Assembly: GCF_001194135.2 (NCBI RefSeq)
Contig: NC_068984.1
Location: 139,176,847-139,213,434, forward strand
From: Octopus bimaculoides
Lineage: Eukaryota
DNA length: 36,588 nt
Direction of reading: 5' to 3'
Positions 22,877-36,523 of this stretch are shown here, in pieces; positions within the stretch are counted from its first letter, which is position 1, and every line of letters begins with the position of its first letter. A program made the position numbers and the translations under genes. Under the pieces are notes generated by a model that worked only from the letters and a program-made list of their open reading frames with translations, was not told where the DNA came from and ran no database searches.

Positions 22877-22932
22877 GTAATTTACCTATTAGAGAAGAGA
22901 AAATTCATATATATACATATGTATACGCACAT

Positions 22933-23000
<68 letters not shown>

Positions 23001-24317
23001 NNNNNNNNNNNNNNNNNNNNNNNNNNNNNNNNNNNNNNNNNNNNNNNNNNNNNNNNNNNNNNNNNNNNNNNNNNNNNNNNNNNNNNNNNNNNNNNNNNNN
23101 NNNNNNNNNNNNNNNNNNNNNNNNNNNNNNNNNNNNNNNNNNNNNNNNNNNNNNNNNNNNNNNNNNNNNNNNNNNNNNNNNNNNNNNNNNNNNNNNNNNN
23201 NNNNNNNNNNNNNNNNNNNNNNNNNNNNNNNNNNNNNNNNNNNNNNNNNNNNNNNNNNNNNNNNNNNNNNNNNNNNNNNNNNNNNNNNNNNNNNNNNNNN
23301 NNNNNNNNNNNNATATATATATAAATATATATATATAGATATAGATATATTTATAAATATATAGATACACATATACAAGCAAATGCATATGAACATATAT
23401 ATATGTGTGTGTCTGCATATGTGTATGTATATATGTATACACATATATATATGTATATGTGCATATATTTTATATATATATATACATGTGTGTGTCTGTA
23501 TATGTGTATGTATATATATGTATATACATATATGTATGTATATATACACACACGCATGCCTATATACAAGCGTGCATATTATGGAGATATCTGTGAGGCT
23601 CTGAGCGTTTGTGCATGCGTGCATATGAGATAAATGAAGAGATGTATCGGCAAAACCACTTTTTCTTTTTATTGCAACTTTCTATATCACGATGTGTTAT
23701 CATACGTATACATGATGTATTATGTGCAGTTACCATAGGATTCCTCTCCTTCATTGTATTATTTTTATGCCTATTTTCTACCTACCTATCTATCTATCTG
23801 TCTGTCTGTTTGTCTTTCGATCTATCAACACAGAGACGCACACACACAAACACACACACACACACGTATATATATACATGTATATATATATACATGTGCA
23901 TTTTAAGCTAAAGTATATTTGACTGAATTATTTACGCAACCACTCATACTCTCATAAATATTTGAATGTGAGTGTATATATGTATGTGTGTGTGGTCTTG
24001 TTTATGTGTGCATGTCAGTAGATGTGTGTAAGAGAATGAGTGAGTGTGTGTGTGTACGTGGGGCGGTGGTGTTTGTGACTAGTGAAGTAAATACTTTTGC
24101 TTCAAGCATTACAAATTATATTGACGCAAGTTGAGAGTAAATGTTTTCGAAGAGCCTTCCTCATTCATCAAACACACACAGCAACACTTACAGGCAGACA
24201 CGCCGCACACAAACGTCACTCACACACACAACACACACACACAACACATATACACACACATACACTTTCATACAGAATTGTGCATCCGAACGCGCACACA
24301 TATTAAGAGTCTCACAT

Positions 24318-24385
<68 letters not shown>

Positions 24386-25012
24386 GTTAGCACTCTGATT
24401 CTCAGATACAAAAATAAAGCCGGAAGGTTCATAAGATTGTTGCCATGGTGTATTATATCACTATTTTCTTCCATATTTTTTTTTCTTTACAAACATCGAA
24501 ACTTCTAACATATAGACTGAATTTAGATTACATCTGTTAACCTTTGTTGTACTCTTAGAATTTGCTTTACTTATTAAGCAAACTGGTCGATAAAATATCA
24601 CTTAGTTTGTGCTTTGATCCTTATCAATAGCACAAACTAAATTCTCTATATCATGCTTCTAGTGATATTTGTATTTGTTAGCTTGCCTGCTATGCTAGCT
24701 TGGCAGAAACGGTTGCGGAAATGGCGGATGAAATCTTAGAATAAATATCCTATAATAGTTATGTCCATCTTCGGCTATATTAATCAACTTTAATTTACAA
24801 TTCTCCAGAGACTAAAATTTAGCCAACACATTTACAAATATACTTTTATATTGTACCAATGTTCGAATTCATTTGGACGGCTCTAACTGCTTTACATTAC
24901 TTGCAGCCTCATTTATCACTGATCTGGGATAACACCGTATGCTGCATTGTGAATCATATGATTATTACGGATTGTGAAACCTGGGTATATACTTTTGTAT
25001 TCGTGTTTATAG

Positions 25013-25195
25013 CCATGCTGCCAGTGAACAGAAGAATACGAAGGCATCTGTTCCTAATAAACTATGCAGACGAATGTACTCTACGAAGAATGGCAGAAAT
25101 GATTAAAAAAATGTTGGACGGTGGAAGATTTGCTGTTCTGTGTTGCGAGGTTGGTGTCAAGGAATCAACCATGCATTCCATTTGCAAAGAACGTG
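25013..25195 (+). mobile_element. Probable Tigger/pogo (CENP-B-type HTH) transposase N-terminal remnant
   Basis: TLRRMAEMIKKMLDGGRFAVLCCEVGVKESTMHSICKE resembles the psq-type HTH (TLEEK.EII...E.G......REYG..ESTV..I.K). Confidence 0.45.
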
Positions 25196-25456
25196 CAGAT
25201 GATTCGTTTATTTATCACTGCTTCCTTTTTCACGGTGCTTATTTGGAACCAAACACTCGTGATGAATGAGTATAGATATATTTATTATCATACATCTAGT
25301 TAATTCTCGTCTTCATATGATTCATAAAGCAATAATTAATTGGATGCTGGGCCGATAGAGATTGTGGTATTGAACTAAACTCTTAAACAATGATATGAAA
25401 ATCGTAATCTTGTGTATTTTGTGTATTTTTTACAGAACTCTATTTTTCTTTCGCAG

Positions 25457-25512
25457 GGAGGTTGCTGAGGACGAGTAAAAACAACTTGCATTTGAAGTTA
25501 ATTCATCAAACG
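25457..25512 (+). other. Candidate 56-nt exon
   Basis: Acceptor tatttttctttcgcag| and donor ACG|GTAAAT. Confidence 0.35.
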
Positions 25513-26515
25513 GTAAATAATGTATAAAATATCTGGAGATTATAGAGAATGGATTATGTGGGAATATTTCGTATCTATTCCACTGTCAATTGATGCAATG
25601 AAAGGTTTTCGTTGAGCAGATGCTTTACCCGGCTTGTAATGATGCTTCTCTTCTGTCAATTGGTTTAGAAAAATATCACAGCGATAATATCATTTTCCAA
25701 TGAATGTATTTAATTTTCCGAGAGTTGAGGTTCATAATATCTCCGGTTGGTAATATGCAACATTATCTCTATACACATTATCTTTAAATCTCACATGTCT
25801 GCATAAAACGCTTGAAAGAACCTATCACAAATATGATCTAAAAAATAGCAGCCAATTATTTTTTCAATAGCCTTCGAACAATTTAGAAAGAAAGGCAGGA
25901 TAGGAAAATGTACTCCCAGAAGTGTTTCTGGAAGAGAAAAATAAAATTTAAAAAAACATCTTTGTCGCAGTTAAAATGTCTTTGGTCATAAGTTTGCTGA
26001 ACAGGATAGTTGAGTTCTGGACGAGTAACAAAACCAAACATTTTAAAAAGAAATATTGCACGCTTGATTAATGCAGTTAATATTCCTATTGAGATTCATG
26101 CTAAAGTTGTATAACGTTTCATTTTTCATTTGTCAGCTTTAGGGATTACATTACGAGAAATTACTTTTAGAAAAAAAGCTAAGAATAAATCTATTAAATA
26201 TATACGTATTTTCATATACGGGTCGATATTGGAAAAGTCTGATAGGCAAACATTAATTTTTCCTTGCAATTTATTAGTAATATTGAGGTACAATTTGTAA
26301 GATGCTATTCATAGCAATACCATATCGCGTTTTTCTGTCATATGGGTTGATAAACATTTTAAAGTTTAAATGTTCGTTTTGGAAGTTTGAATTGTAAAAC
26401 AAGTCCATAAATCCAACATATTATTTGTAATTTAGGTTCAAGTTTAGCAATTCTCTAATAAAAAAGGGTTAGGTGATAAAATCGGCGCTAGAATTTAAGT
26501 TTTACTTTATTTTAG

Positions 26516-26619
26516 AGACCACGAAAGAATGGACCGTAAAGTTGATCCCGAACTCAGAGCATAACGAGCTGGATTATACATATCAACACTGTCCTTTTGT
26601 GTGGAATCTCAACAGAACG
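26516..26619 (+). other. Candidate 104-nt exon
   Basis: Acceptor tttactttattttag| and donor ACG|GTAAGT. Confidence 0.4.
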
Positions 26620-26908
26620 GTAAGTCGGTTCATATTTCTACCATGCCATGTGAGTATGTAAAGTCAGTGGCTGTTCCTGGGATATAAACCCATATTTCTT
26701 CAATACACAGCAGGCGTTCTACCATTTGACCAAACCAGTATTTTGAATTTCTCCATCTATTTTAGAAACTTCATTCTTACCAGCGAGAATTGAACTTTGT
26801 TGACGTCATAAGAATTTTATAAAGATTCGAGAGAACGTGAAATAAATCTGTCCTTGGAAGTCCAACACATATTTACAAGAGATGTATATATAATCACAAG
26901 AGATATGA

Positions 26909-26946
<38 letters not shown>

Positions 26947-27983
26947 ATAAGAGTGAAAAAACTACAGAAGGCTTGTGTTACTTGGTTAAAGTATATATTT
27001 AAATTATGTCAGAAAAATGTTATAAAATCTTTTTGGTATATAAACATTGTATTTTGAGAAATAACCGGTTTCGTGTTGTCTTTTCAAATTTCTCTACTTC
27101 ATTGTGTCGTGTTCACTCCAGGTTGCCTATACATCGTGTGAGTGACAGATAGCATCTACGTTACTAGAGCTGCATTTCATTCTCAGTTCTATGCACACAC
27201 TCACGCACACACACTCAAATAGTGAATGGCAGATTACATACCGTGAGAAGCAGTGTCATACTTACATATGAAAGTATTTCTCACTTTTTACAAATTAATC
27301 TACATACACGCTTTTAAGATAAACTTCACTCTATGTCTCTCCATCTACACTTGATAGTCATATAGGTAACACGTAGAATATCTCATAAAATTTAAAACTA
27401 TCATCATAAATCTTTTAATCTTTATATCATTTATATCTGCTCTTAACATACAAATATAGTGACTTTTTTCATCGCATATTAATGTTTTCATTATTTTCTT
27501 CTTTTATCGCACTAACTTGGAATTCTGTAAATAATATTTTAACTTCGATACCCTAAAACACATTAGAATACGTAAAAACATACACCTCTCTATCTCTGTA
27601 AAATAAATTGAAATACGTTGCACAATTTTTATATATAAATATAACAGAAACGATGAATGATCGCAAGCAAAAGTTAGATAGATTTAACTGTTGAAAACTA
27701 TCTTTATTTAATATAACAAGTAATTTTATAAAATATCGAAATATAAAAATTAAACCTATTAACCATGAACCAGTAATTTTATGTGTTTGTCATAGTTTTA
27801 TTACATCCTCTGGTTATAGAAGTTATGATTTATAAGTCTATGCCTCACAGCCATTTTCAATCAATCATTTCGCTCAGTCGTTATTTTTTTTTTTGTTTTC
27901 AAGATATAAAAATTGAAGAAATAAAAATTGAAGAAATAAAATTGAGCATGCACACATAAACACACACACACGCATACATACAC

Positions 27984-28030
<47 letters not shown>

Positions 28031-28189
28031 ATTGAATGAGTGAGTAAGTGTGAGCGGGGGTGGAGTATCCGGGTATGGGTGTAGGCATGCTTTTATATTG
28101 ACACAAGTTGAAATTGTTTTCTTTGAACATTGTTGAACCTAGTTCAATATTTGTTGTTATATTAATAACTAGAACAACAAACATAACAA

Positions 28190-28306
<117 letters not shown>

Positions 28307-28651
28307 GGTTTGGTCTTATAATGATCAGGTTTGGTCTTATTCCTGCTAGGATTTATGCCGGTAGCCGGATACTAAACTTAGATATCCACCAGCTTCCAAT
28401 TTTTTTTTAATTAATTGGAGCCCTCCTGTCGCTAACAGGCAAACTTTCTGTAGAACCTCCTTCAGCATAGCTTACAGTTCCCAATGCACCAATTATTATA
28501 AGCATAACATTTACAGTTTTCATATTCCAAAATTTTGCAATTTCAAATCTTCAGAGATCGTTTTTTTCTTTTCATTTCCGTCCTCTTTCTTAACGATCCT
28601 GAAATTAAACGGACATGCTGCATCAATTAGTAAGCACATCACGTTTCCTTG

Positions 28652-28746
<95 letters not shown>

Positions 28747-29048
28747 CTGGTCTATAATTTTCTAGCTTCTTGTCCAATTGAATAGCAAAGTCCTACGAAA
28801 TCTTACAATCTTACAGCGACTCTTGCAACCAGACGATCATACCATGTGTCTCCAGCTTCAAATCTCCATTTCTGGCAAAGCATCCAGTGTAAACATTTTA
28901 CAACTTGACCATACCCCCATTTCTTATATTCCTTCTTTGCCATCTTGGGACATTTTGCAACAATGTGTGCCACTGTCTCGTTCCAAGTTCCACAGACCAC
29001 ATTTTTCTCACACATTCTCCTTATATACATTTTTCGTCAAGTTGTTAG
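28307..29048 (-). mobile_element. RLE-type (R4/Dong-like) LINE 3' fragment with (TAA)n tail and internal (TAA)n at 28653-28745
   Basis: C..C...ETVAHIVAKCPKMAKKEYK..V.K.LHW.LC, ENYRPD, CLLIDAACP, IIIGALGTV. The 3' end abuts (TAA)n. Confidence 0.85.
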
Positions 29049-29051
29049 GCA

Positions 29052-29425
29052 GCAGGCCTGATAAATATTTGAGGATGCGGGGTTGAGGTTAGTCGATAAA
29101 ATCAACCCCTCTGCTCAGCTGGGGCTTATTTTATAGACCTTGAAAGGATAAGCAAAGTTGATCTCGGTTTTAATTTGAACTCACAACGTAAAAACGAATG
29201 AAATGCTGCTAAGCATTTTGTACGGGGTTCAAACAATTCTGCTGGCTACCCGCCTTAAGAATTTTCAAATTTTGGTACAGAACAAAGAGGCTGTAAAGGA
29301 AAATTGGCTGAACGATTGCATCAACCCCAGTGCTCAACTGAAACTTATTTTATCGTTCCCGAAAGGATCAAAAGTAAAAGAGGCCTTGGTGGAGTTTAGA
29401 ACTCAGCACGAAAGACGGAAGAAAC
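29052..29425 (-). mobile_element. Two adjacent family A SINEs (29052-29258 and partial 29262-29425)
   Basis: atttgaactcacaacgtaa, gctaagcatttt, aacaattctgctggctacccgccttaa. Confidence 0.75.
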
Positions 29426-29485
29426 AACAAGAACAACAACAGCAACAACAACAGCAACAAAAATATCAACAACAACAACAATAAC

Positions 29486-29548
<63 letters not shown>

Positions 29549-29650
29549 TACCATAAGAGCATCACAGCAAACCACAGGACATACCCAAGGTGCACAGAGC
29601 TGCGCTCGGTAGTGAAGTGAAAGCACGTTATAAAAATAAAACTACTGAAC

Positions 29651-29709
<59 letters not shown>

Positions 29710-29762
29710 TGATAATAATAATAATAATAATTACTACTACTACTACTAATACTATTATTATT
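29423..29762 (+). repeat. (CAA)n/(AAT)n/(CTA)n compound arrays
   Basis: Direct reading. Confidence 0.9.
29551..29650 (+). mobile_element. Probable 3'UTR stub of an RLE LINE embedded in (AAT)n
   Basis: A 100-bp unique segment (ccataagagcatcacagcaaaccac...aaataaaactactgaa) with (AAT)n on both sides. Family assignment is from recollection only. Confidence 0.4.
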
Positions 29763-30525
29763 ACCCACGAGAGTAAAACTGGAGCAGCCAGATCAGTTCA
29801 GAAGCCTGATTGTATTTGAAAATCATGAATCTAGCTTTTCCAATGACTGCGTCTCTCCAGTTCACTCGGAATGTTACGTTAATTATACACTTATTGGCAG
29901 AGTAATCATGTATTTCACACGTTCATGTGATTGGTAGATATAATGTTTCGGGTGTTCTATCAAACTAAACTATTCCCCCTGGCTGATTCGGTATCCAACT
30001 CCATGTTTAATTTCAACACTCGAGACATGTAGAATGTACCTGAAATATATTGGCGTCCTATACTGCCGCTATTAATTTCTACCGATGTTGACTGGTACTT
30101 TTTATGGTGGTGCTGGTGTTAGTATGTTTAAATTGATAAGTTGGCAGAGAAGCAGCAGCTGGAGAAATCAGTGATACGTATCTCTACGTGTTCATACGAC
30201 TTCGTTTTCAAAGGACAATAGCAATCAAAGTCCTTGTGCATCTATCCGTGTACATATGAAATTAGGTTCGAATGATTCAATAATATCAGCATTGTGGTTA
30301 GTTGCATGGACTTACTGTACCTTAACTGTAAGTCTTGGTGTGTTTTTATTAGTTGACTTATTTCTATGCAAAGCTCATTTTCACTTCAAAGGAAAGGAAA
30401 AAATTGAAATGGCTGCCATGATATTCGGGGCTTTGATATATATATATATATATATACATACATGCATACATACATATAGCTATATATGTATACACATACA
30501 CACACACACATATATATGCATATAT

Positions 30526-30600
30526 GTGTGTGTGCGTGCTGTTGTTGTTGTTGTGTGTGTGTGTGTGCGTGCTGTTGTTGTTGTTGTGTGTGTGTGTGTG
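30526..30600 (+). repeat. Two-copy composite unit (GT)n-GCGTGCT-(GTT)n
   Basis: Direct reading. Confidence 0.85.
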
Positions 30601-31011
30601 TACGTGTATGCATGCACGTAGGTATGCATATGTGTATAAATATATGCATACATACATATGTATGCATAGAAAATGCTAAGAGGTTCCTCACCAGTAAATT
30701 TATATATTAGGAAAGTGCATTTTCTCAAAGCATATTTCATTTTCTTATATATATATATATNNNNNNNNNNNNNNNNNNNNNNNNNNNNNNNNNNNNNNNN
30801 NNNNNNNNNNNNNNNNNNNNNNNNNNNNNNNNNNNNNNNNNNNNNNNNNNNNNNNNNNNNNNNNNNNNNNNNNNNNNNNNNNNNNNNNNNNNNNNNNNNN
30901 NNNNNNNNNNNNNNNNNNNNNNNNNNNNNNNNNNNNNNNNNNNNNNNNNNNNNNNNNNNNNNNNNNNNNNNNNNNNNNNNNNNNNNNNNNNNNNNNNNNN
31001 NNNNNATATAC

Positions 31012-31046
<35 letters not shown>

Positions 31047-32113
31047 AGTATATAAATAAGTATATGTATATATGTATATATATAATCACATGCATTTACC
31101 TACATATAGCATGTGTGTGTGTGTGAATGTATGTATATCATGTTTCTTTATAATACGTAAAATCAGCCAAGAACTATTGGTCTGTTGATCTCTAAGATCT
31201 GGAATAAAAGAATATAGATTAAAGATGACTATTGTGATTGTAGACACTACTTGTGACTAGTTAACCCTTTGAAATCTATGGTTGGTTTTAACGATATTTA
31301 TTATCAATCATGTATAATTTTTTTATCTGGATATTCTTTCATGAATTATGTTTAGCCTTTTAAGTATACATTTGCCGGCAACTCAGTATGTTAGATACGG
31401 CATATAAACTATTCTAACTCTTTTGCGACGCTTTGCAAAAGATTGAAATTAAAGTAGATGAATCATAAAATATGAAACAGAAGAGATATTTTCAAAGGTA
31501 AAGGTAAATGACGGTCGAGCTGGTGCTAGCTCTTACAGACTTAAAAGAGCAAATTCTAATTAAATAAAGTGGTCAACTCTCTGAAACGTAACTGCAACGT
31601 AAATTATAAATTTAATAGCCGAGAAAGAGCTAGAAAGAGTGACAAAATGAAAAGAAAGATTGAGTATGAGATAGAGAAAATATAAGAGAGACATACAGAG
31701 AAGGATGCAAATGTGTGTATTTGTGATTCTAGTTTGTGTATTCGAGTCTATATATCTAAGAATCTGTATTAAAGTGATTTCTGTATGCAGCTGCGCATTG
31801 CTATGCTGGACAAGTTATTAGAGGGTGATGCTATGTTGTTTAACGCATCACGAACATCAAATACTGCCTCGCAACTAAAATCTAATATGTCTGACGCTTC
31901 TTTGGCTGCATATATCGTAATGCGATGACACGATTTAAATTGATAACCTCTTCTGCTCGCTCCGTGCATACACGTTTGTATAGTTGCTATCTTAAGCATT
32001 TATATAAAAGTCCTTTTAATAGAATTAAGCCAGTTATTGACAATGTAAAAATTACACTCTACTTGAAACAATTCAGAAACTGTGTTTTGGGAACATTCGG
32101 TTGTGAGTGAGTA

Positions 32114-32155
<42 letters not shown>

Positions 32156-32383
32156 NNNNNNNNNNNNNNNNNNNNNNNNNNNNNNNNNNNNNNNNNNNNN
32201 NNNNNNNNNNNNNNNNNNNNNNNNNNNNNNNNNNNNNNNNNNNNNNNNNNNNNNNNNNNNNNNNNNNNNNNNNNNNNNNNNNNNNNNNNNNNNNNNNNNN
32301 NNNNNNNNNNNNNNNNNNNNNNNNNNNNNNNNNNNNNNNNNNNNNNNNNNNNNNNNNNNNNNNNNNNNNNNNNNATATACATA

Positions 32384-32432
<49 letters not shown>

Positions 32433-32653
32433 GTATGTATATATACATATATACATACATATATACATACATACATACACACATACATACATACATACAT
32501 GCATCCATATATGTATGCATGTAGGTATGTATATATGTGTGTGTATGTATGTATGTGTGCGTGCATATGTGTATGTACAAATAGATATGAGTATACATGA
32601 ACACATATGTCTATGTATACATACACACATTCATATGTATGTGTGTATGCATG

Positions 32654-32692
<39 letters not shown>

Positions 32693-32730
32693 ATTTATAT
32701 TAAGTATATATATCATATATATGTAAAACG

Positions 32731-32788
<58 letters not shown>

Positions 32789-33212
32789 CATGTATGTACA
32801 TACATACCTACATACATGCATGCATGCATACACACATGTATACATGTGTACACACTTATGTAGTTATATGCTCCCTTTAATTCCTGTCACTGCGAGTATG
32901 CATGTGTGCGTGCGTCTGTGTGTATGCATGCGTGTGTTATTGTACGTGTATATTATTGAGCTTGTGTGTATGTCGATGCCTTTTTCTCATTACAATGACA
33001 ATTATGGTAATTATGGTAATTGAAATTGCATGAAAATTTTCCCATCGATTGTATGAGAAATGAGTTTAAAAGTATTAAGAATTTATTTGTTAACATCAAT
33101 TTACTCACGCTACACTTATTCTTTAATTACATCGATGAAACCTCTATTCGACGACAAAGTGCAATATGTTAACAAAAGAAGTAGATTACCTGTAGTTGTT
33201 TGTGAATGGCCC

Positions 33213-33324
33213 GGCACTCTGTCGGTTGTGACGACTGTTCTACTTGATTTAATCAACCTAACAAGCGTGCTCGTGAAATTAACGTGCAAGAGGTTGAGCA
33301 TTCCACAGACACGCTGTACCCTTT
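33213..33324 (-). mobile_element. 3' fragment of family D SINE
   Basis: Reverse complement of 34305-34419 (ttgcacgttaatttcacgagc ... gagtgcc). Confidence 0.75.
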
Positions 33325-33436
33325 AATTAGAAATATAAACCTGGACTTGTAATCTGAGTGGAGCAACTGTAGATTTCTCAATAGTCCAGCGTAGGTATGT
33401 ATGCATGGCTATATGTATGTATATATACATAATACA

Positions 33437-33516
<80 letters not shown>

Positions 33517-33725
33517 CGTGCGCGTGTTTGTGCGTGCGTACGTGTGTGTGTATGCATGCTGGTACGAAGTGGCTGAAGTGCTACAGGTGAATTCAAGTTA
33601 GCGAATCTTACTTTGAAAGAGATTAAAGTTTTGTACTACTTTGAAATCCATAAATATCTCTCTTCAGAAAGTTCCAAATCTTCTCGAATTCTAGCGATAC
33701 TGAACTAATACTATTGGCAAAATCA

Positions 33726-33975
33726 TTAGTTTATTGTATTCCACAATCCCACAAGACTACCATTTCCTGTTTCGTGTCGGCCAATGATGGAGTTGGACAT
33801 TTCACCTTTATTTGTGTTACATTCAGCGATGAACATGATATAGTATCGTACATGAAAAATGGCTCTTTCCAAGAGTTTATCTGCGACTCGGGTGTCTCTG
33901 ATGCATGTTGGCGAAATACTGATGACCTGTGAAAATACTGGGGCTTTACATCGAGGAAAAACCTTTAACCATTTA
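33726..33975 (-). mobile_element. Possible hAT (ZMYM1/DUF4371-like) transposase remnant
   Basis: SQVISISPTCIRDT..ADKL....FHVRYYIMFIAECNTNKGEMS..I.RH...LVGLW resembles QNEII....IR..I......YSI.ADE.TD...EQ.S...R. Confidence 0.35.
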
Positions 33976-34040
33976 AGACTACTCAAAACATTTTCTTATA
34001 ACACTATTATCAGGTAATTGTCAGGGTTCCACTGCATATA

Positions 34041-34419
34041 GGAGGCGCAATGGCCCAGCGGTTAGGGCAGCGGACTCGCGGTCATAGGATCGCGGTTTCG
34101 ATTCCCAGACCGGGCGTTGTGAGTGTTTATTGAGGGAAAACACCTAAAAGCTCCACGAGGCTCCGGCAGGGGATGCTGGCGAACACTGCTGTACTCTTTC
34201 ACCACAACTTTCTCTCACTCTTACTTCCTGTTTCTGTTGTGCCTGTAATTCAAAGGGCCAGCCTTGTCACACTGTGTCACGCTGAATATCCCCGAGAACT
34301 ACGTTAAGGGTACACGTATCTGTGGAGTGCTCAGCCACTTGCACGTTAATTTCACGAGCAGGCTGTTCCGTTGATCGGATCAACTGGAACCCTCGACGTC
34401 GTAAGCGACGGAGTGCCAA
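34041..34419 (+). mobile_element. Full-length young tRNA-derived SINE (family D) with 10-bp TSD
   Basis: A-box TGGCCCAGCGG at 34051-34061, B-box GGTTTCGATTCC at 34094-34105, and an exact direct repeat ACTGCATATA at 34031-34040 and 34424-34433. Confidence 0.9.
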
Positions 34420-35233
34420 AAATACTGCATATAATGAAAATCAATTACTGGAAACATTTGAAAAAGGTGAGAGAACAGAATGTTGGGGGAAAAAACAGGA
34501 TGGAAACGTCATACACAGAAATGATTGCTGCTAATTCTCTTCCAACAGAATCACACTAATTATACATGTATCCAGGTTGCAGAAGTGCTACGAAAATGTG
34601 CACACCTTACGGCAAAAACAAAATGTTAATATAATAAATATTTGTTATTTCCTAATAACTAAAATATATTTTGCAGGTTGCAACCGTTTTCGTTTATATC
34701 TCCCTACTAAATATTTCTCTCTCTCGATAACCCTATACTGCCGTTGTCACCTAGTTTGCTAACACGGCAGAATTATTTCTAAAGTTATATCTAAATCACT
34801 TGTCAATCGATATATTTCTAAATTTTACATAGATATTGATAATATACGTGAACAAACACACATATATGCTCATAACCATAAAATACAATATTTAATGTGT
34901 ATTCTTAGGTGAAAAAATAGATATATGATACGTTTATATATGCTTTTTTTTTTTTCTTTAACACTAAATCAATTTTTTAACACATAATTGAATCGCTGCG
35001 GAAATATAGCGTAACATATATTTCTGTGAACGTCAAGTATATGAAATATTAATTCATAATCAGTTATGTTTCATCTCATATAAACGATATATATTACGTA
35101 AGTACGGCTGTAATAACAATGATAACTTCTCTTACCGAGAATTTAACGTCAAAACTATCTTCTCCTGTTACTATCCTGGTTCTTCTTTCTCTCTTTTTCT
35201 AATTCCTTGCATATCTCATGTTCCCACATTTTC

Positions 35234-35267
<34 letters not shown>

Positions 35268-35476
35268 NNNNNNNNNNNNNNNNNNNNNNNNNNNNNNNNN
35301 NNNNNNNNNNNNNNNNNNNNNNNNNNNNNNNNNNNNNNNNNNNNNNNNNNNNNNNNNNNNNNNNNNNNNNNNNNNNNNNNNNNNNNNNNNNNNNNNNNNN
35401 NNNNNNNNNNNNNNNNNNNNNNNNNNNNNNNNNNNNNNNNNNNNNNNNNNNNNNNNNNNNNNNNNNATTCTCAATA

Positions 35477-35692
35477 TTCTTTTCTACTCTAGGCACAAGG
35501 CCAGAAATTGTGGTGGAGGGGGCCACTCGATTAGAATGACCCCAGTACGCAACTGGTACTTAATTTATCGACCCCGAAAGGATGAAAGGCAAAGTTGACC
35601 TTGGTGGAATTTGAACTCGGAACGTAAAGACAGACGAAATACCGCTATGCATTTCGCCCGGCGTGCTAACGTTTCTGCCAGCTCACCACCAT
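35477..35692 (-). mobile_element. Well-preserved family A SINE
   Basis: Reverse of ggtgagctggcagaaacgttagcacgccgggcgaaatg...gagttcaaattcc...ggccttgtgcctagagtagaaaagaat. Confidence 0.9.
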
Positions 35693-35696
35693 ACAG

Positions 35697-36175
35697 ATAA
35701 ATCCTGTCTGAGTTCGTGGATGTTGAGTTGTAGGGCACGTTGAAAGCCTATTTCAATTAGTGATTGTGGGTAGTTCCTGCGGATGAGTGTATCCTTTAGC
35801 TCATGTAGTCGTGTGTCTCTGGTGTTTGTATTAGATAATATACTGCTAATTTTTGCCAAGTTGTAATGGATATTCATTCTAGTGTGTCTGGTGTGGCATG
35901 ATTTGAACGGCAGATATTGCTTGGAGTCTACTGGCTTATAGTATATGCATGTTTCTATTTTGTTGTTGAATTTCTTAATGAAGAAGTCGAGGAATCGAAA
36001 TTGTTGGTGGCTATATTCTATCGTAAAGTCAATGATTATTCCAAATCCATTCAGAACTGCTTGAAATTCTTTAAGTCTCTTTATACTTCCTTGCCAAACA
36101 ATGTAGCTCTCATCTAGATATCGTTTCCAGTTATTTTCTATGTACAGGGAGAATGGTTGTCCGTATTTTTGAATC
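35697..36175 (-). mobile_element. Penelope-like element reverse transcriptase fragment
   Basis: WKRYLDE..IVW, FTIE, FLDF.I, IET.IYYKP.DSKQYL.F.SCH..H...NI.YNLA, RL.EL...L..RNYP..LI: the Penelope-like RT C-terminal/thumb signature. The catalytic DD is mutated to DE. Confidence 0.85.
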
Positions 36176-36523
36176 ACGAAACATCATAATGATGCTTCGC
36201 GACTCAATTTGATATAACTAATTACCTCCAATGATAATTAGCATTACTATTATTGTGGCGGCTAGAACTAAGAATCATGATAGCTGAAACAGCTCTAAGC
36301 CGAGATTCCGATAATTAACGTAAATCAATTGTTAACCATTAATTGTATCTCCATTTTCTGTTTTCCTTTGAATAATGATAATCTCTAGTTTATTTTTGCC
36401 ATTACCTATTATTTATGAGCATTAAAACCAATGCTCATGATTAAATATAAGTAATACACCTGCGGATTCATAGGTTTCAAGTTTTCATTTAGACGGTTAT
36501 TATAATCTGTAACTTACCCTGAA

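Noticed and set aside
34041-34115. Possible tRNA gene
   Set aside because: It has A and B boxes but no closed acceptor stem or T-run terminator, and continues into a 380-bp body with TSDs, so it is a SINE.
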